Notes under the pieces: generated by a model
The model's input: the letters and a program-made list of their open reading frames with translations, nothing else
Databases searched by the model: none
What the model was told of the DNA's origin: nothing
Part shown: positions 11,046 through 20,759 of the stretch, piece after piece
How positions within the stretch are numbered: position 1 is the first letter of the stretch
Layout: the number at the start of each line of letters is the position of its first letter
Made by a program: the position numbers and the translations under genes
Source of the DNA: Candidatus Nomurabacteria bacterium RIFCSPHIGHO2_01_FULL_37_25
GTDB lineage: Bacteria > Patescibacteriota > Minisyncoccia > Phycocordibacterales > UBA9973
Assembly: GCA_001786765.1 (NCBI GenBank)
Contig: MFTH01000008.1
Span: 2,939-66,938 of the forward strand
DNA: 64,000 nucleotides
Direction: 5' to 3'

Positions 11046-11119
11046 GGTGCCTATGGTGTAATAGTAGCACTAGAGCTTGTGGAGCTCTAAGATTCGGAGC
11101 ATAACCGAATAGGCACCCA
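11046..11119 (+). tRNA. tRNA-His(GTG)
   Basis: Encoded G-1, acceptor GTGCCTA/TAGGCAC, anticodon loop TT-GTG-GA; atypical T-loop AGCATAA. Confidence 0.85.
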
Positions 11120-11148
11120 ATTTTAGTATATAATTAAAGTATAATAGT

Positions 11149-11535
11149 TTATCTTTTTTCTATATCTTGGTCTATATGATCTAATTTCTTTTCCAGTCTA
11201 CTCAAAGTGCTTTGTAAATCCTGTAGCTCTGCTTCTTCTGTTTTTATTTCATTTACTTCTTTTTCCGCTAATTTTTTTTCACCAGAAAGTCCAGAAATAA
11301 TCAATCGATTTCCAATAAAAGCGGAGACAAATACTCCTGTCACAAGGAGAATAATACTGCCAATCAAAATTGAAACAATACTACTGATATTTATATCATC
11401 TGCGATATGCCATACTCCGCGCCAAAACAATACCACTCCTATGCCCCCAAATAATGCGTAAACAATAGGATAATGACTCAATTTTCCTCTTACTTTATCT
11501 TCTAATTTATCAAAAAATTTTAATATTTTTTTCAT
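11149..11535 (-). CDS. Hypothetical membrane protein
   Basis: Two TMs (LFWRGVW) plus C-terminal coiled coil. Confidence 0.7.
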   Translation of the reverse strand: MKKILKFFDKLEDKVRGKLSHYPIVYALFGGIGVVLFWRGVWHIADDINISSIVSILIGSIILLVTGVFVSAFIGNRLIISGLSGEKKLAEKEVNEIKTEEAELQDLQSTLSRLEKKLDHIDQDIEKR

Positions 11536-11601
11536 TGATGTATTATTTATTATACATGAATAGTAGGATTATTTCTATATATATCGTATAATATATGAAT
11601 T

Positions 11602-12132
11602 ATGTCGCAAAATCATATTTCATTCTTAAAGTCACTCTTTGGCGAGAACGAAGAGCCGGGAAGAAAAATACTTCGTAGTATAAAAGCAAAAGCTTACGCT
11701 AAAAGAACTCTCACAGAAAAAATAACTGACTGGATGACTTCTAGTTTTGGGAGCAATACTTTCTTATTATTTAACATTTTTTTATTTGTTGCCTGGATAC
11801 TTATCAATACCAATCAAATAAAAATAATACCCCCATTTGACCCTTTCCCTTTTAATCTCTTAACCACCTTTGTTTCCTTGGAAGCTATTTTTCTTGCAAT
11901 CTTTGTGCTTATTTCTCAGAATCGCAGTTCAAAAGTAGATGATTTACGAGAAGAAACTCATTTACAGCTTAACCTTATTTCCGAAAAGGAAATTACCAAA
12001 TTGATGAAAATGACGGCATTGCTTCTAGAAAAAGAAGGGATAGACTTATCACAAGATCCGGAATTAAAGAAAATGATTCGTCCAGTCTCCGAAGAAGAAA
12101 TAGAAAAAAGATTGGAGAAGGAAATTTTGTAA
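11602..12132 (+). CDS. DUF1003-family membrane protein
   Basis: FDPFPFNLLT..SLEAIFL..ISQNR motif. Confidence 0.85.
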   Translation: MSQNHISFLKSLFGENEEPGRKILRSIKAKAYAKRTLTEKITDWMTSSFGSNTFLLFNIFLFVAWILINTNQIKIIPPFDPFPFNLLTTFVSLEAIFLAIFVLISQNRSSKVDDLREETHLQLNLISEKEITKLMKMTALLLEKEGIDLSQDPELKKMIRPVSEEEIEKRLEKEIL

Positions 12133-12147
12133 TAAGGGAACAATATT

Positions 12148-13233
12148 ATGGAGATTCATAAAGACTACGATTTAACTAAATTAAACACTTTTGGCATTTC
12201 CGTGAGCGCCAAATTTTTTATTGAAATACATGATAAAACAGATTTAGAAAATCTTTTTGACACCCCAGAGTTTAAAAATAATAAAAAATTATTTTTAGGA
12301 GGCGGAAGCAATATTTTGTTTACGAAAAATTTTGATGGTTTGGTTGTTTTAAATAAATTAAAAGGAATAAAGATTTTAAGTGAAAGTTCCACGGATGTTG
12401 TAATCCATGCAATGAGTGGAGAGATTTGGCATGACCTTGTTATTTTTGCTGTGGAGCGTGGCTACTGGGGTATTGAGAATCTGTCGCTTATCCCTGGCAC
12501 AGTCGGCGCCGCGCCAATGCAAAATATTGGAGCCTATGGAGCGGAACTTAGAGATGTTCTCGAGAGTGTTGAAGCCTATGATCTAGAAAGTGGCAAAGAG
12601 AATAAGAAGAAAGTTTTTAGTAGAGAAGAGTGTTTATTTGGCTACCGAGACAGTATTTTCAAAAATGAGTTAAAAGACAAGTATTTTATTTTTGCCATAA
12701 CTTTAAAATTAAGCAAGGTAGAGAAAAAAAATATAAGTTATAAAATATTGCGAGAGTATTTAGAGAATCTGTATGCGCAGACAGGAAACAAAATTGTTCC
12801 GTATTCCTTGAAAGACATAAGCGATGCAGTCGGAGCTATACGCAAGAGTAAATTGCCAGATCCAGCCATTATCCCCAATGCAGGAAGTTTTTTTAAAAAT
12901 ATTTTTGTGGAGGAAGAAAAATTAAATGAGTTATTAAAAATTTATCCCAACATGCCGTATTTTGAAGAAAAAAACGGAAGAAAAAACGGAAGCAAGGCTT
13001 CCGTTTTTATTGCTTCCGTTTTTAAAAAAATTCCCGCCGCGTGGTTGATTGAACAGTGTGGATGGAAAGGCAAGAGAATAGGCAATGTCGGTGTTCATAA
13101 TATGCAGGCTTTGGTTCTAGTTAATTATGGTGGAGCAACTGAAGAAGAAGTAAAAAATTTAGCAGAGAGCATTATCGCTGATGTGAAAAACAAATTTGGT
13201 CTTGTTCTTATACCAGAAGTAAATTTGATTTAA
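12148..13233 (+). CDS. murB: UDP-N-acetylenolpyruvoylglucosamine reductase
   Basis: GGGSN, IPGTVGAAPMQNIGAYG, NAGSFFKN, ALVLVN; two palindromic in-frame inserts. Confidence 0.95.
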   Translation: MEIHKDYDLTKLNTFGISVSAKFFIEIHDKTDLENLFDTPEFKNNKKLFLGGGSNILFTKNFDGLVVLNKLKGIKILSESSTDVVIHAMSGEIWHDLVIFAVERGYWGIENLSLIPGTVGAAPMQNIGAYGAELRDVLESVEAYDLESGKENKKKVFSREECLFGYRDSIFKNELKDKYFIFAITLKLSKVEKKNISYKILREYLENLYAQTGNKIVPYSLKDISDAVGAIRKSKLPDPAIIPNAGSFFKNIFVEEEKLNELLKIYPNMPYFEEKNGRKNGSKASVFIASVFKKIPAAWLIEQCGWKGKRIGNVGVHNMQALVLVNYGGATEEEVKNLAESIIADVKNKFGLVLIPEVNLI

Positions 13234-13294
13234 TTTTTTTTGAGTATATAATTATTCAGACTTATTATTTTTAATTATTAATTAATATAAATAT

Positions 13295-13756
13295 ATGGAA
13301 AAGAAAAACGATATGAATATTACTGTATCAGTAATAATTTGTTTGGCTCTGGTTGGTTTTTTAATTTTTATCAGTATGAATAATAAAACAAATATGAATT
13401 CAAATGACAATGTAGATAATAATATGATTCCAGCTGAAGATGTGGCTAAAACAGGCCTGTCTGCGCAGGCGGGAGATACAGTTTCAATGAATTACACAGG
13501 CAGACTAGAAAATGGCACAGTTTTTGATTCAAATGTTGACCCAAAATTCAATCATGTTGAGCCTTTTGTTTTTAATTTAGGCGCTGGACAAGTTATTTCG
13601 GGCTGGGATAAAGGCATAGTCGGAATGAAAATCGGCGAGAAAAAGACGCTGACAATAACCCCCGAAGATGCTTACGGCGCAAGAGGTGTTCCTGGTGTTA
13701 TTCCTCCAAATTCTACACTGGTCTTTGATGTTGAACTTGTTTCTATTAATAAATAA
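13295..13756 (+). CDS. FKBP-type peptidyl-prolyl isomerase
   Basis: YTGRL.NG.VFDS, LGAGQVISGWD, IPPNSTL.F.VEL. Confidence 0.92.
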   Translation: MEKKNDMNITVSVIICLALVGFLIFISMNNKTNMNSNDNVDNNMIPAEDVAKTGLSAQAGDTVSMNYTGRLENGTVFDSNVDPKFNHVEPFVFNLGAGQVISGWDKGIVGMKIGEKKTLTITPEDAYGARGVPGVIPPNSTLVFDVELVSINK

Positions 13757-13787
13757 TCTGCTCTACCGTAGCGTGGATGTAAAAAAT

Positions 13788-14603
13788 ATGGACAGTATAA
13801 ATAATTTGCCAAATGAGTATGTGAAAAATTTATATAAAGCGTTATTAAGTTTTTTAGTCGTTCTTATTTTATTCTTTGCTGTAAAATCAGTAAGTGAATG
13901 GAGATCTATCGGTATGATGGTCAATAATACCGTCACTCTCTCCGGTCATGGGGAAGTTAATGCTGTGCCAGACATTGCAAATGTTTATTTTACTATTCGC
14001 AAAGAAGGAAAAACGGTAAAAGAAGCGCAAAATGCTGTGGCTGTCATAGAAAAATCATCACTGGATTTCTTAAAAAATAATAGTGTGGCAGAAAAAGATA
14101 TTAAAACTACCAATTCTTCTTTTAATCCTAAATATGAATACAGGTATGATACAAAAACATTAATGCCTTGCAATGAGTTTGGTTGTCCGCCTCGTCCGGG
14201 CAAGAATGTGATTTCAGGCTATGAAGCGTATGAGAATATAACGGTTAAAGTTAGAAATACGGATGATGTGGGGAAAATAATGCAAGGTTTGGGAGAACTT
14301 GGTGTTTCAGAGTTAAGTGGTCCTAATTTTACGATAGATAACGAAGATGACCTAAAAGCTCTTGCTCGAAAAAAAGCAATTGACGACGCCAAAGAAAAAG
14401 CAAAAATTCTGGCCAGAGATTTGGGGGTAAGGTTGGGTAAAGTAGTGAACTTCAGCGAAGGTGGCGAATACGGAGGGCCTATGTACTTTGCCGAATCTGC
14501 GATGATGAAGAACAATATGGGGGGAGACACTATTTCGGCGGAAATTCCTAAAGGCGAGAACACCATTAGTTCAGATGTGACTATAGTTTACGAGATAAGA
14601 TAA
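13788..14603 (+). CDS. SIMPL domain (DUF541) protein
   Basis: V..SGHGEV.A.PD, R..AI.DA..KA..LA motifs. Confidence 0.88.
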   Translation: MDSINNLPNEYVKNLYKALLSFLVVLILFFAVKSVSEWRSIGMMVNNTVTLSGHGEVNAVPDIANVYFTIRKEGKTVKEAQNAVAVIEKSSLDFLKNNSVAEKDIKTTNSSFNPKYEYRYDTKTLMPCNEFGCPPRPGKNVISGYEAYENITVKVRNTDDVGKIMQGLGELGVSELSGPNFTIDNEDDLKALARKKAIDDAKEKAKILARDLGVRLGKVVNFSEGGEYGGPMYFAESAMMKNNMGGDTISAEIPKGENTISSDVTIVYEIR

Positions 14604-14619
14604 GTCCGTATAAAAAATT

Positions 14620-14648
14620 TGACTATTTTACGCAAAAAGAGTAGTCTT
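14620..14648 (+). promoter_or_regulatory. Putative sigma70 promoter for secE-nusG-rplK
   Basis: TTGACT-N17-TAGTCT. Confidence 0.5.
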
Positions 14649-14650
14649 TA

Positions 14651-14676
14651 AAAAGCCCTTGAAAGGGGGCTTTTTA
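14651..14676 (+). terminator. Hairpin with U-tract
   Basis: AAAAGCCCTT-GA-AAGGGGGCTTTTT. Confidence 0.65.
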
Positions 14677-14758
14677 ATAAATTGGGTTCTACTTTCTAGG
14701 TTATAGAAAAAAATACTAGAAACTAGTCACTAGTCACTAGCAACTAGACGCTAATTTT

Positions 14759-14941
14759 ATGAAGATTGTTGAATACTTAAAAGAGACTAAAACAGAGTTA
14801 AAACATGTGATTTGGCCAGAGTGGAGTCAGACTTTTTACTATACTTTGGTTATTATAGTTTTGTCTGTGACAGTTGCGTATTATTTAGGTATTTTTGATT
14901 TTATTTTTTCAAAAGGATTAGAAAAGGTAATAACCCCCTAA
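14759..14941 (+). CDS. secE: Preprotein translocase subunit SecE
   Basis: ELKHVIWP motif, synteny with nusG. Confidence 0.92.
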   Translation: MKIVEYLKETKTELKHVIWPEWSQTFYYTLVIIVLSVTVAYYLGIFDFIFSKGLEKVITP

Positions 14942-14948
14942 GGTTGTC

Positions 14949-15491
14949 ATGAAACAAGAAGAACAAGGAGCTAGAAATTGGTATGCTATCCATACTTACG
15001 CCGGGTATGAAAATGTTGTTCTGCGCAATTTAAAACAACGTATTGATTCTCTAGCAATGAATGACGAAATTTTTAATGTTATCGTTCCAGTTGAAAAGAA
15101 AATAAAAATAAAAGGAAGTAAAAGGGTGGAAGTGGAAGAAAAAATTTACCCCGGGTATGTCTTAGTGGACATGATTGTCACGGATGATTCTTGGTATGTT
15201 GTGCGCAATACTCCGCGAGTTACCGGTTTTGTCGGCGCTGGAGTAAACCCCGTGCCACTTAAAAAAGAAGAAGTGGAATATCTTTTCAAGAAAATGGATG
15301 TCAGTGTGGCAAAACATAATATTGATATGGTTGTTGGTGAAAGTATTTTGATTATTGATGGTCCGTTTAAGGATCTCGAGGGAAAAATTAATTCTATAGA
15401 CCAAGACCGTGGAAAAGTAAAAGTGCTTGTTTCAATGTTTGGTCGCGAGACTCCCGTAGAGCTAGATTTCTTGCAAGTCAAGAAAATTTAA
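14949..15491 (+). CDS. nusG: Transcription termination/antitermination factor NusG
   Basis: WYAIHTYAGYE, YPGYVLV, FGRETPVEL. Confidence 0.97.
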   Translation: MKQEEQGARNWYAIHTYAGYENVVLRNLKQRIDSLAMNDEIFNVIVPVEKKIKIKGSKRVEVEEKIYPGYVLVDMIVTDDSWYVVRNTPRVTGFVGAGVNPVPLKKEEVEYLFKKMDVSVAKHNIDMVVGESILIIDGPFKDLEGKINSIDQDRGKVKVLVSMFGRETPVELDFLQVKKI

Positions 15492-15506
15492 GTTAATCTC
15501 AAATAT

Positions 15507-15929
15507 ATGGCAAAAAAAATAACCAAAAAAATAAAACTCCAAATAGAAGCCGCCAAGGCTACTCCTGCGCCTCCTTTGGGGCCGGCGCTTGGTCAAGCAG
15601 GCATTAACATAGGGGACTTTGTGACTAAATTCAACACTGCAACAGCCAAAATGGCAGGGGATAAAGTTGGAGTTTCTATTACAGTTTATGAAGATAGAAG
15701 TTATGATTTCTTTGTTAAAACTCCTCCAGCAACTGGTCTTATATTAAAAGCGGCTGGGGTAGAGAAAGGTTCAGGCAAGAATGTCGCGACTAAAGCGGGG
15801 AAAATAACTCGCGCTCAAGCTCTAGAAATAGCTAAAAAGAAAATGCCTGATTTAAATGCAAAAGATGATGACGGCGCTATAAATATCATTGTCGGCTCTG
15901 CTAGGAGTATGGGCATTGAGGTGAAATAA
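15507..15929 (+). CDS. rplK: 50S ribosomal protein L11
   Basis: [20 protein letters not shown]. Confidence 0.97.
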   Translation: MAKKITKKIKLQIEAAKATPAPPLGPALGQAGINIGDFVTKFNTATAKMAGDKVGVSITVYEDRSYDFFVKTPPATGLILKAAGVEKGSGKNVATKAGKITRAQALEIAKKKMPDLNAKDDDGAINIIVGSARSMGIEVK

Positions 15930-15936
15930 TGTTTAT

Positions 15937-15985
15937 AAAAACAAAATAAAAAGCCAACAAGAAATTGTTGGCTTTTTATTTTGTT
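15937..15985 (+). terminator. Terminator hairpin after rplK
   Basis: AAACAAAATAAAAAGCCAACAA / TTGTTGGCTTTTTATTTTGTTT inverted repeat. Confidence 0.75.
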
Positions 15986-16006
15986 TAGAGTATATTAAAG
16001 AGGAAT

Positions 16007-16333
16007 ATGATAGACTTAAAAAAATTACAAAAAAAAATAATAGCTAATAGAAAAGCAAAAGGTTTCAGTAATGATGTTGTTCGAGACCTTTGTCGCACAT
16101 ACGAAGAGCTCTCTGAAGCTTTCTCTAAATATGATAGGGGAGAAGACGGAGTTGCGGAAGAATTCGCGGATGTGATTATTTTTATTCTGGGGATATCTTA
16201 TAATCTTGGTTTCGATCTGGAAAAGGAATTGATAGCTAAAATAGAAAAAAATAGAAAACGTAAATATCAAAAAAAGAAATCTCTTGACGGAAAAGATATT
16301 TTTATTCGCATTAAAACTCCAGAAGATCCTTAA
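16007..16333 (+). CDS. MazG-like NTP pyrophosphohydrolase
   Basis: EELSE..EEFADV motif of all-alpha NTP-PPases. Confidence 0.75.
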   Translation: MIDLKKLQKKIIANRKAKGFSNDVVRDLCRTYEELSEAFSKYDRGEDGVAEEFADVIIFILGISYNLGFDLEKELIAKIEKNRKRKYQKKKSLDGKDIFIRIKTPEDP

Positions 16334-16342
16334 AACTACTGC

Positions 16343-16876
16343 TTAGAATTTCTCGTACACAGAAAATGTATAATCAAAAAGATTTTTTTCATCCGCTTTG
16401 TGTTCTGTGTGTGAAATTTCATTCCAAACCATTGGAATAATTTCTGGGAAAAAACTGTCAGCTTCTTTATCTTCTGCGTCAATGTGTGTTATATAAAGTT
16501 TATCAGCTATTTCCATAGATTGTTTATACAATTCTCCTCCTCCGATTATAAAAATTTCCTCATTTTTATCAGGAAATAAATCAAACGCTTCAGAGAGGGA
16601 ATGAACAATTTCAACTCCTGCATGCGTAGTCAGGTTTTTTTGTTTATAATTTGCGTCTCGAGTGATTATTATATTTCTTCGATTTGGCAGTGGTTTCCCC
16701 ATAGGCTCGCCCGTAGGGCTACGCCCGAGGGATTCAAAAGTTTTTCTTCCCATAATAACTGCGTGCAGTTCTGTAATATTTCTAAAATGTTTCATATCAG
16801 CAGGCATATGCCAAAGCAAAGAGTTGTTTTTCCCCAGTTCGTTATTTTTACCGATAGCGGCGATGAGTGAAATCAT
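16343..16876 (-). CDS. folA: Dihydrofolate reductase
   Basis: LWHMPADMKHF, IMGRKTFES, PLPNRRN, IGGG. Confidence 0.95.
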   Translation of the reverse strand: MISLIAAIGKNNELGKNNSLLWHMPADMKHFRNITELHAVIMGRKTFESLGRSPTGEPMGKPLPNRRNIIITRDANYKQKNLTTHAGVEIVHSLSEAFDLFPDKNEEIFIIGGGELYKQSMEIADKLYITHIDAEDKEADSFFPEIIPMVWNEISHTEHKADEKNLFDYTFSVYEKF

Positions 16877-16879
16877 TAT

Positions 16880-17713
16880 TTATTTTACAATATTTAATCC
16901 AGTAATTGGTTCTCCGGGTTTATAGTATGGTTCAAATGCTTTATAGATTTCATCTACCAAATTTTCATCTTTTTTTTCTGCCCGATCAAATATATCATCA
17001 GGAAAGATTGGAAAGATATTTGCATGATTATTTGTTCTCGTTATCAATTCTTTTGCTCCCTCATAATGAATGTCATAAATATGCGCGTTGGAAATTGTAT
17101 GTGTGTATATTCCAGGCTTCACTTTTAATTTTTGAGCCAAGGTGCACAATAATAAAACAAAACCAAAAGTATCAAATGGACAACCCAGCATCATATCATT
17201 AGACCTTATAATATTGTGCAAGTTGAGACGCCCTCCGATAATATTTACAGTGAAAGCGAAAAGACAAGGCACATTTTTCTTTGGAGTTCCTCCATGTCCA
17301 TCGTCATTTGGGTCCCAGGTGATGATCACTCCATGCCTTGAGCTAGGATCTTTTTGTAATAATTCTACTAAACTAGTTAGTTGGTCTCTTTTAAAATGAT
17401 GTTTCCAGCGATACCCATAAGCTGAAGTTATAGTGCCATCAGGTTCAATGAATTCATCCCACATTTTAGTATATTTTCTCAAAAATTCTGTATTTTTTTC
17501 TCCAGAAATAAACCAAATTTGTTCGGCGATTGGGGATTTGATGGGATTCTTTCTCAGTGTTAATACTGGGAAACCATCTTTTTCTAAATCAATTTGAAAA
17601 GTAATTCCAGGCAAGGCCTTTGTTTTATGCCCTGTGCGCTCGTTTAATTCTTCAATGCCTTCCTCCATTATTTTTTTTAGAATGTTTTGGTAGATTGTGT
17701 CGAAGGTGGTCAT
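16880..17713 (-). CDS. thyA: Thymidylate synthase
   Basis: ERTG, YGYRW, VPC, RSND..LG.PFD, HIYD.H. Confidence 0.93.
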   Translation of the reverse strand: MTTFDTIYQNILKKIMEEGIEELNERTGHKTKALPGITFQIDLEKDGFPVLTLRKNPIKSPIAEQIWFISGEKNTEFLRKYTKMWDEFIEPDGTITSAYGYRWKHHFKRDQLTSLVELLQKDPSSRHGVIITWDPNDDGHGGTPKKNVPCLFAFTVNIIGGRLNLHNIIRSNDMMLGCPFDTFGFVLLLCTLAQKLKVKPGIYTHTISNAHIYDIHYEGAKELITRTNNHANIFPIFPDDIFDRAEKKDENLVDEIYKAFEPYYKPGEPITGLNIVK

Positions 17714-17727
17714 ATAGTAGAGTATAT

Positions 17728-18237
17728 ATGAATAAAAGTATTATGGAAAGTGATCAAAATAAAATCAAATATCCATATTTACCAAAAGGCAGGACTATTT
17801 TATATGTGCCGGAGGATAATAAATATATGTTTTTTGCAAAAGAAATTACCCTTACGCAATCAACTGATAAAAAGATTTCCACGGGAGCTGTGATTGTAGA
17901 TGAAGATGGAAAAATTTTAGTTAGTGCGGCCAATCAATCTGCGCTCAAAAATCAATATCTTTTAGATACCCATAAAAATTGGTGCATCAGAAAACTTTTT
18001 AAAATTCCATCGGGTCAAAAATATTGGCTATGTCCCGGTTGCGCATCGCACAAGAATCACGGAGAATATCAAGCAGTAATGGCTTTGGAGAAAAAGTTCC
18101 CACAGAAAATTAATTCCACTTTAGATTTATATTTATGGGGACATTGGTGGTGTTGCAAGCCTTGTTGGGATAAAATGATAGAAGTTGGAATTAAGAATGT
18201 ATACCTTATGGAAGGTATTGATAAACTTTTTAAATAA
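17728..18237 (+). CDS. CMP/dCMP deaminase-family protein
   Basis: HGE and WCCKPC zinc ligands; divergent from thyA; start may be 17743. Confidence 0.75.
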   Translation: MNKSIMESDQNKIKYPYLPKGRTILYVPEDNKYMFFAKEITLTQSTDKKISTGAVIVDEDGKILVSAANQSALKNQYLLDTHKNWCIRKLFKIPSGQKYWLCPGCASHKNHGEYQAVMALEKKFPQKINSTLDLYLWGHWWCCKPCWDKMIEVGIKNVYLMEGIDKLFK

Positions 18238-18239
18238 AA

Positions 18240-19043
18240 ATGATGATAGAAAATAAAGATCTAAAAATTTTAGTCAAAGCTGCTCATGCTGGCGGGAAAG
18301 TTCTGAAAAAATATTTTGGACAGGTCTTAAATCTAAAAGAAAAATCAACTTTGGCGGACTTTCAAACTGAGGCTGATATTGAGTCAGAAGAAGCAATTTT
18401 AAAAATTATAAAAAAAGAATTATCCCCATACAATATTCAATCCGAGGAAGAAGGCAAAATTCACAACGGATCTTATTATACAGTTGTGATTGATCCCATG
18501 GATGGCACGAATAATTTTGTAACAGGTATTCCAAATTTTACTGTTTCAATTGGTTTATTGCATAAAGGTCAGGCTGTTTTGGGTGTTATTTACCAGCCAA
18601 TACTTGATCAAACTTTTACTGCAGAGAAAGACAAGGGCGCATATCTAAACGGAAAGAAAATAACAGTTAATGATGTAAAAGATTCTAAAAGAAGCACTGT
18701 TACTTATATTTGTGGGTACAAAACCGATAGAGTCTACCTCGGTAGTGTAATGAATTCGTTGCTGGTTGGAGGTCATAAAAGAATTCTCTATAATTGGTCG
18801 GGAGCTTATGATTATTGTTTGCTTGCTTTGGGTAAAGTGGAGTCAGTTATCACCGACGGCATAGAACTTCACGATTATGCAGCCGGCAAGCTTATAGCAG
18901 CTGAAGCAGGAGGTAAGATTATTGATTTTGGTGGAAAAAAAGAAATTGATTATACTAACGATAAATTTATTATCAGCAATACTGATCAAGTTAACCAATA
19001 TATTTTAAATATAATTAAACCCTTGCAAACATTGACAAAATAG
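18240..19043 (+). CDS. Inositol monophosphatase family protein
   Basis: SEE, IDPMDGTNNF, HDYAAG..I..EAGG. Confidence 0.9.
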   Translation: MMIENKDLKILVKAAHAGGKVLKKYFGQVLNLKEKSTLADFQTEADIESEEAILKIIKKELSPYNIQSEEEGKIHNGSYYTVVIDPMDGTNNFVTGIPNFTVSIGLLHKGQAVLGVIYQPILDQTFTAEKDKGAYLNGKKITVNDVKDSKRSTVTYICGYKTDRVYLGSVMNSLLVGGHKRILYNWSGAYDYCLLALGKVESVITDGIELHDYAAGKLIAAEAGGKIIDFGGKKEIDYTNDKFIISNTDQVNQYILNIIKPLQTLTK

Positions 19044-19060
19044 ACGCTAAATGTTATTCT
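19032..19060 (+). promoter_or_regulatory. Putative sigma70 promoter for the DEAD-box helicase gene
   Basis: TTGACA-N17-TATTCT. Confidence 0.65.
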
Positions 19061-19103
19061 TTGAACATCATTCTCACTAATTACATTTTGGGAGTGGCCC
19101 ATT

Positions 19104-20354
19104 ATGTACACACGTCATTCGGGTAGCCTGCGGGCTAGCCATTCGGTTGCGCCGAGCAAATTCGCGCGTCCTAGAAAATTTAATAATTCTCGTCCACGTT
19201 TTGGTGGGAGGAAAATAACAAACAAAAGATCTCGCGGAGAGCGGATAGATTTTTCTCGTTTCATTAAGAAGAATATTTATGTGGAAGAAAAACCTTATGT
19301 GTCCAAACATACTTTTGCGGATTTTTCTTTTCATTCGCAACTGCGCAAAAATATAGCTCGAGCCGGGTTCATTCATCCGAGACCCATCCAGGATCAAGCG
19401 ATACCAATAGTGCTCACTGGCAAGGACGTTTTTGGTATGGCTAATACCGGCACAGGAAAAACGGCGGCATTTCTCTTACCCTTAATTGAAAAAATTTCAA
19501 AAACGAAAGGGCAAGCTAAGAGAGAGACGGTCTTAATAATGGCGCCAACTAGAGAGCTCGCGCTTCAAATAGAGACTGATTTCAAAAACCTAGCTTTTGG
19601 ATTCGGAATGTTTTCCGTAGCTTGTGTGGGGGGTTTGCCTATAATGAAACAAATCAGAGAAATAAAGCTCGGAGTGTCGTTCGTTATCGGCACGCCGGGA
19701 CGTTTGCGGGATTTGATTGATAAAAAGGTTTTAGATTTGTCTAAATGTTACAGTGTGGTTCTCGATGAAGCTGATCGAATGCTCGATATGGGATTTCGTG
19801 ATGACATGGTTTACATAATAGGTAAAACCGCGAAAGAAAGACAGACATTATTTTTCTCCGCGACTCTTTCTTCTGAAATTAAAAAATTAACAGAGCAATA
19901 TCTAAAAGACCCTGTTTTTATTTCTGTTATTTCTGGCGAGACAGCTAAGAACATTGACCAGGATGTAGTGCGATACAGAGGAGCCGATGAAAGATTGCAA
20001 AAGCTTCATGAAGTTCTAAAGCAAGACGGTTCGGATAAAGTTTTAATTTTCCGCGAGAGAAAACATCATGTAGACGAATTAGAAAAAGATCTTAAACGAG
20101 TGGGCTTAAAGGCAGGCGCAATTCATGGAGACAAAAGAAGTCGTGAACGAATTCGCATTCTTGATTCGTTTAAAAAAGACCATATAAATATATTGATTGC
20201 CACAGATGTAGCCGCGCGAGGACTGGACATTCCAGATGTTACTCACGTTATAAACTACGATGTACCGCAGACTTACGATACCTATGTGCATCGTATCGGC
20301 CGAACCGGTCGTAGCGGTAAAAAGGGAACGGCGTTGACCTTTGTGCCGGGGTAA
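19104..20354 (+). CDS. DEAD-box RNA helicase
   Basis: GTGKT, PTRELA, DEAD, SAT, HRIGRTGR. Confidence 0.95.
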   Translation: MYTRHSGSLRASHSVAPSKFARPRKFNNSRPRFGGRKITNKRSRGERIDFSRFIKKNIYVEEKPYVSKHTFADFSFHSQLRKNIARAGFIHPRPIQDQAIPIVLTGKDVFGMANTGTGKTAAFLLPLIEKISKTKGQAKRETVLIMAPTRELALQIETDFKNLAFGFGMFSVACVGGLPIMKQIREIKLGVSFVIGTPGRLRDLIDKKVLDLSKCYSVVLDEADRMLDMGFRDDMVYIIGKTAKERQTLFFSATLSSEIKKLTEQYLKDPVFISVISGETAKNIDQDVVRYRGADERLQKLHEVLKQDGSDKVLIFRERKHHVDELEKDLKRVGLKAGAIHGDKRSRERIRILDSFKKDHINILIATDVAARGLDIPDVTHVINYDVPQTYDTYVHRIGRTGRSGKKGTALTFVPG

Positions 20355-20370
20355 AATAAATTCAGAGTAT

Positions 20371-20477
20371 AAAATAAAAAGAAAATTTTTGTCGGTACGG
20401 ATTTTTTGAAGCTTAAAAAATCCTGAAATTGGCTCGCCGTCGCTCGCCAAACCCCTTAAAAACTTTCTTTTTATTTT
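20371..20477. repeat. Palindromic element, copy 1 (core CGGTACGGATTTTTTGAAGCTTAAAAAATCCTGAA)
   Basis: 35-nt core identical to 55805-55839, enclosed by copy-specific ~20-bp inverted arms. Confidence 0.85.
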
Positions 20478-20478
20478 T

Positions 20479-20727
20479 CTAATTAGTTTTTATCAACCCA
20501 GCTTTGAGGAGAGTAGCATAGGTGCCTCGTTTTTTCATTGTGCGCATACCTTGAGTTGAGATTTTTATATTTATGAACTTATTTATTTCCGGAACAAAAA
20601 TCCTCTTCTTTTGAAGATTCAAATATTTTCGCACTTTGCCAGTCGGATTAAATTGAGTGGCTCGAGTTCTGTTGGAATACCCGCCTCCAATGATTGAACT
20701 CTTTTTTGTTATTGCGCATGTTTTCAT
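20479..20727 (-). CDS. rpmB: 50S ribosomal protein L28
   Basis: MKTCAITKK..GGYSN..NLQKKRIF..ISTQGMRT. Confidence 0.85.
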   Translation of the reverse strand: MKTCAITKKSSIIGGGYSNRTRATQFNPTGKVRKYLNLQKKRIFVPEINKFINIKISTQGMRTMKKRGTYATLLKAGLIKTN

Positions 20728-20759
20728 ATATAGTTTCCATATGCTATCATAAACTTTAC

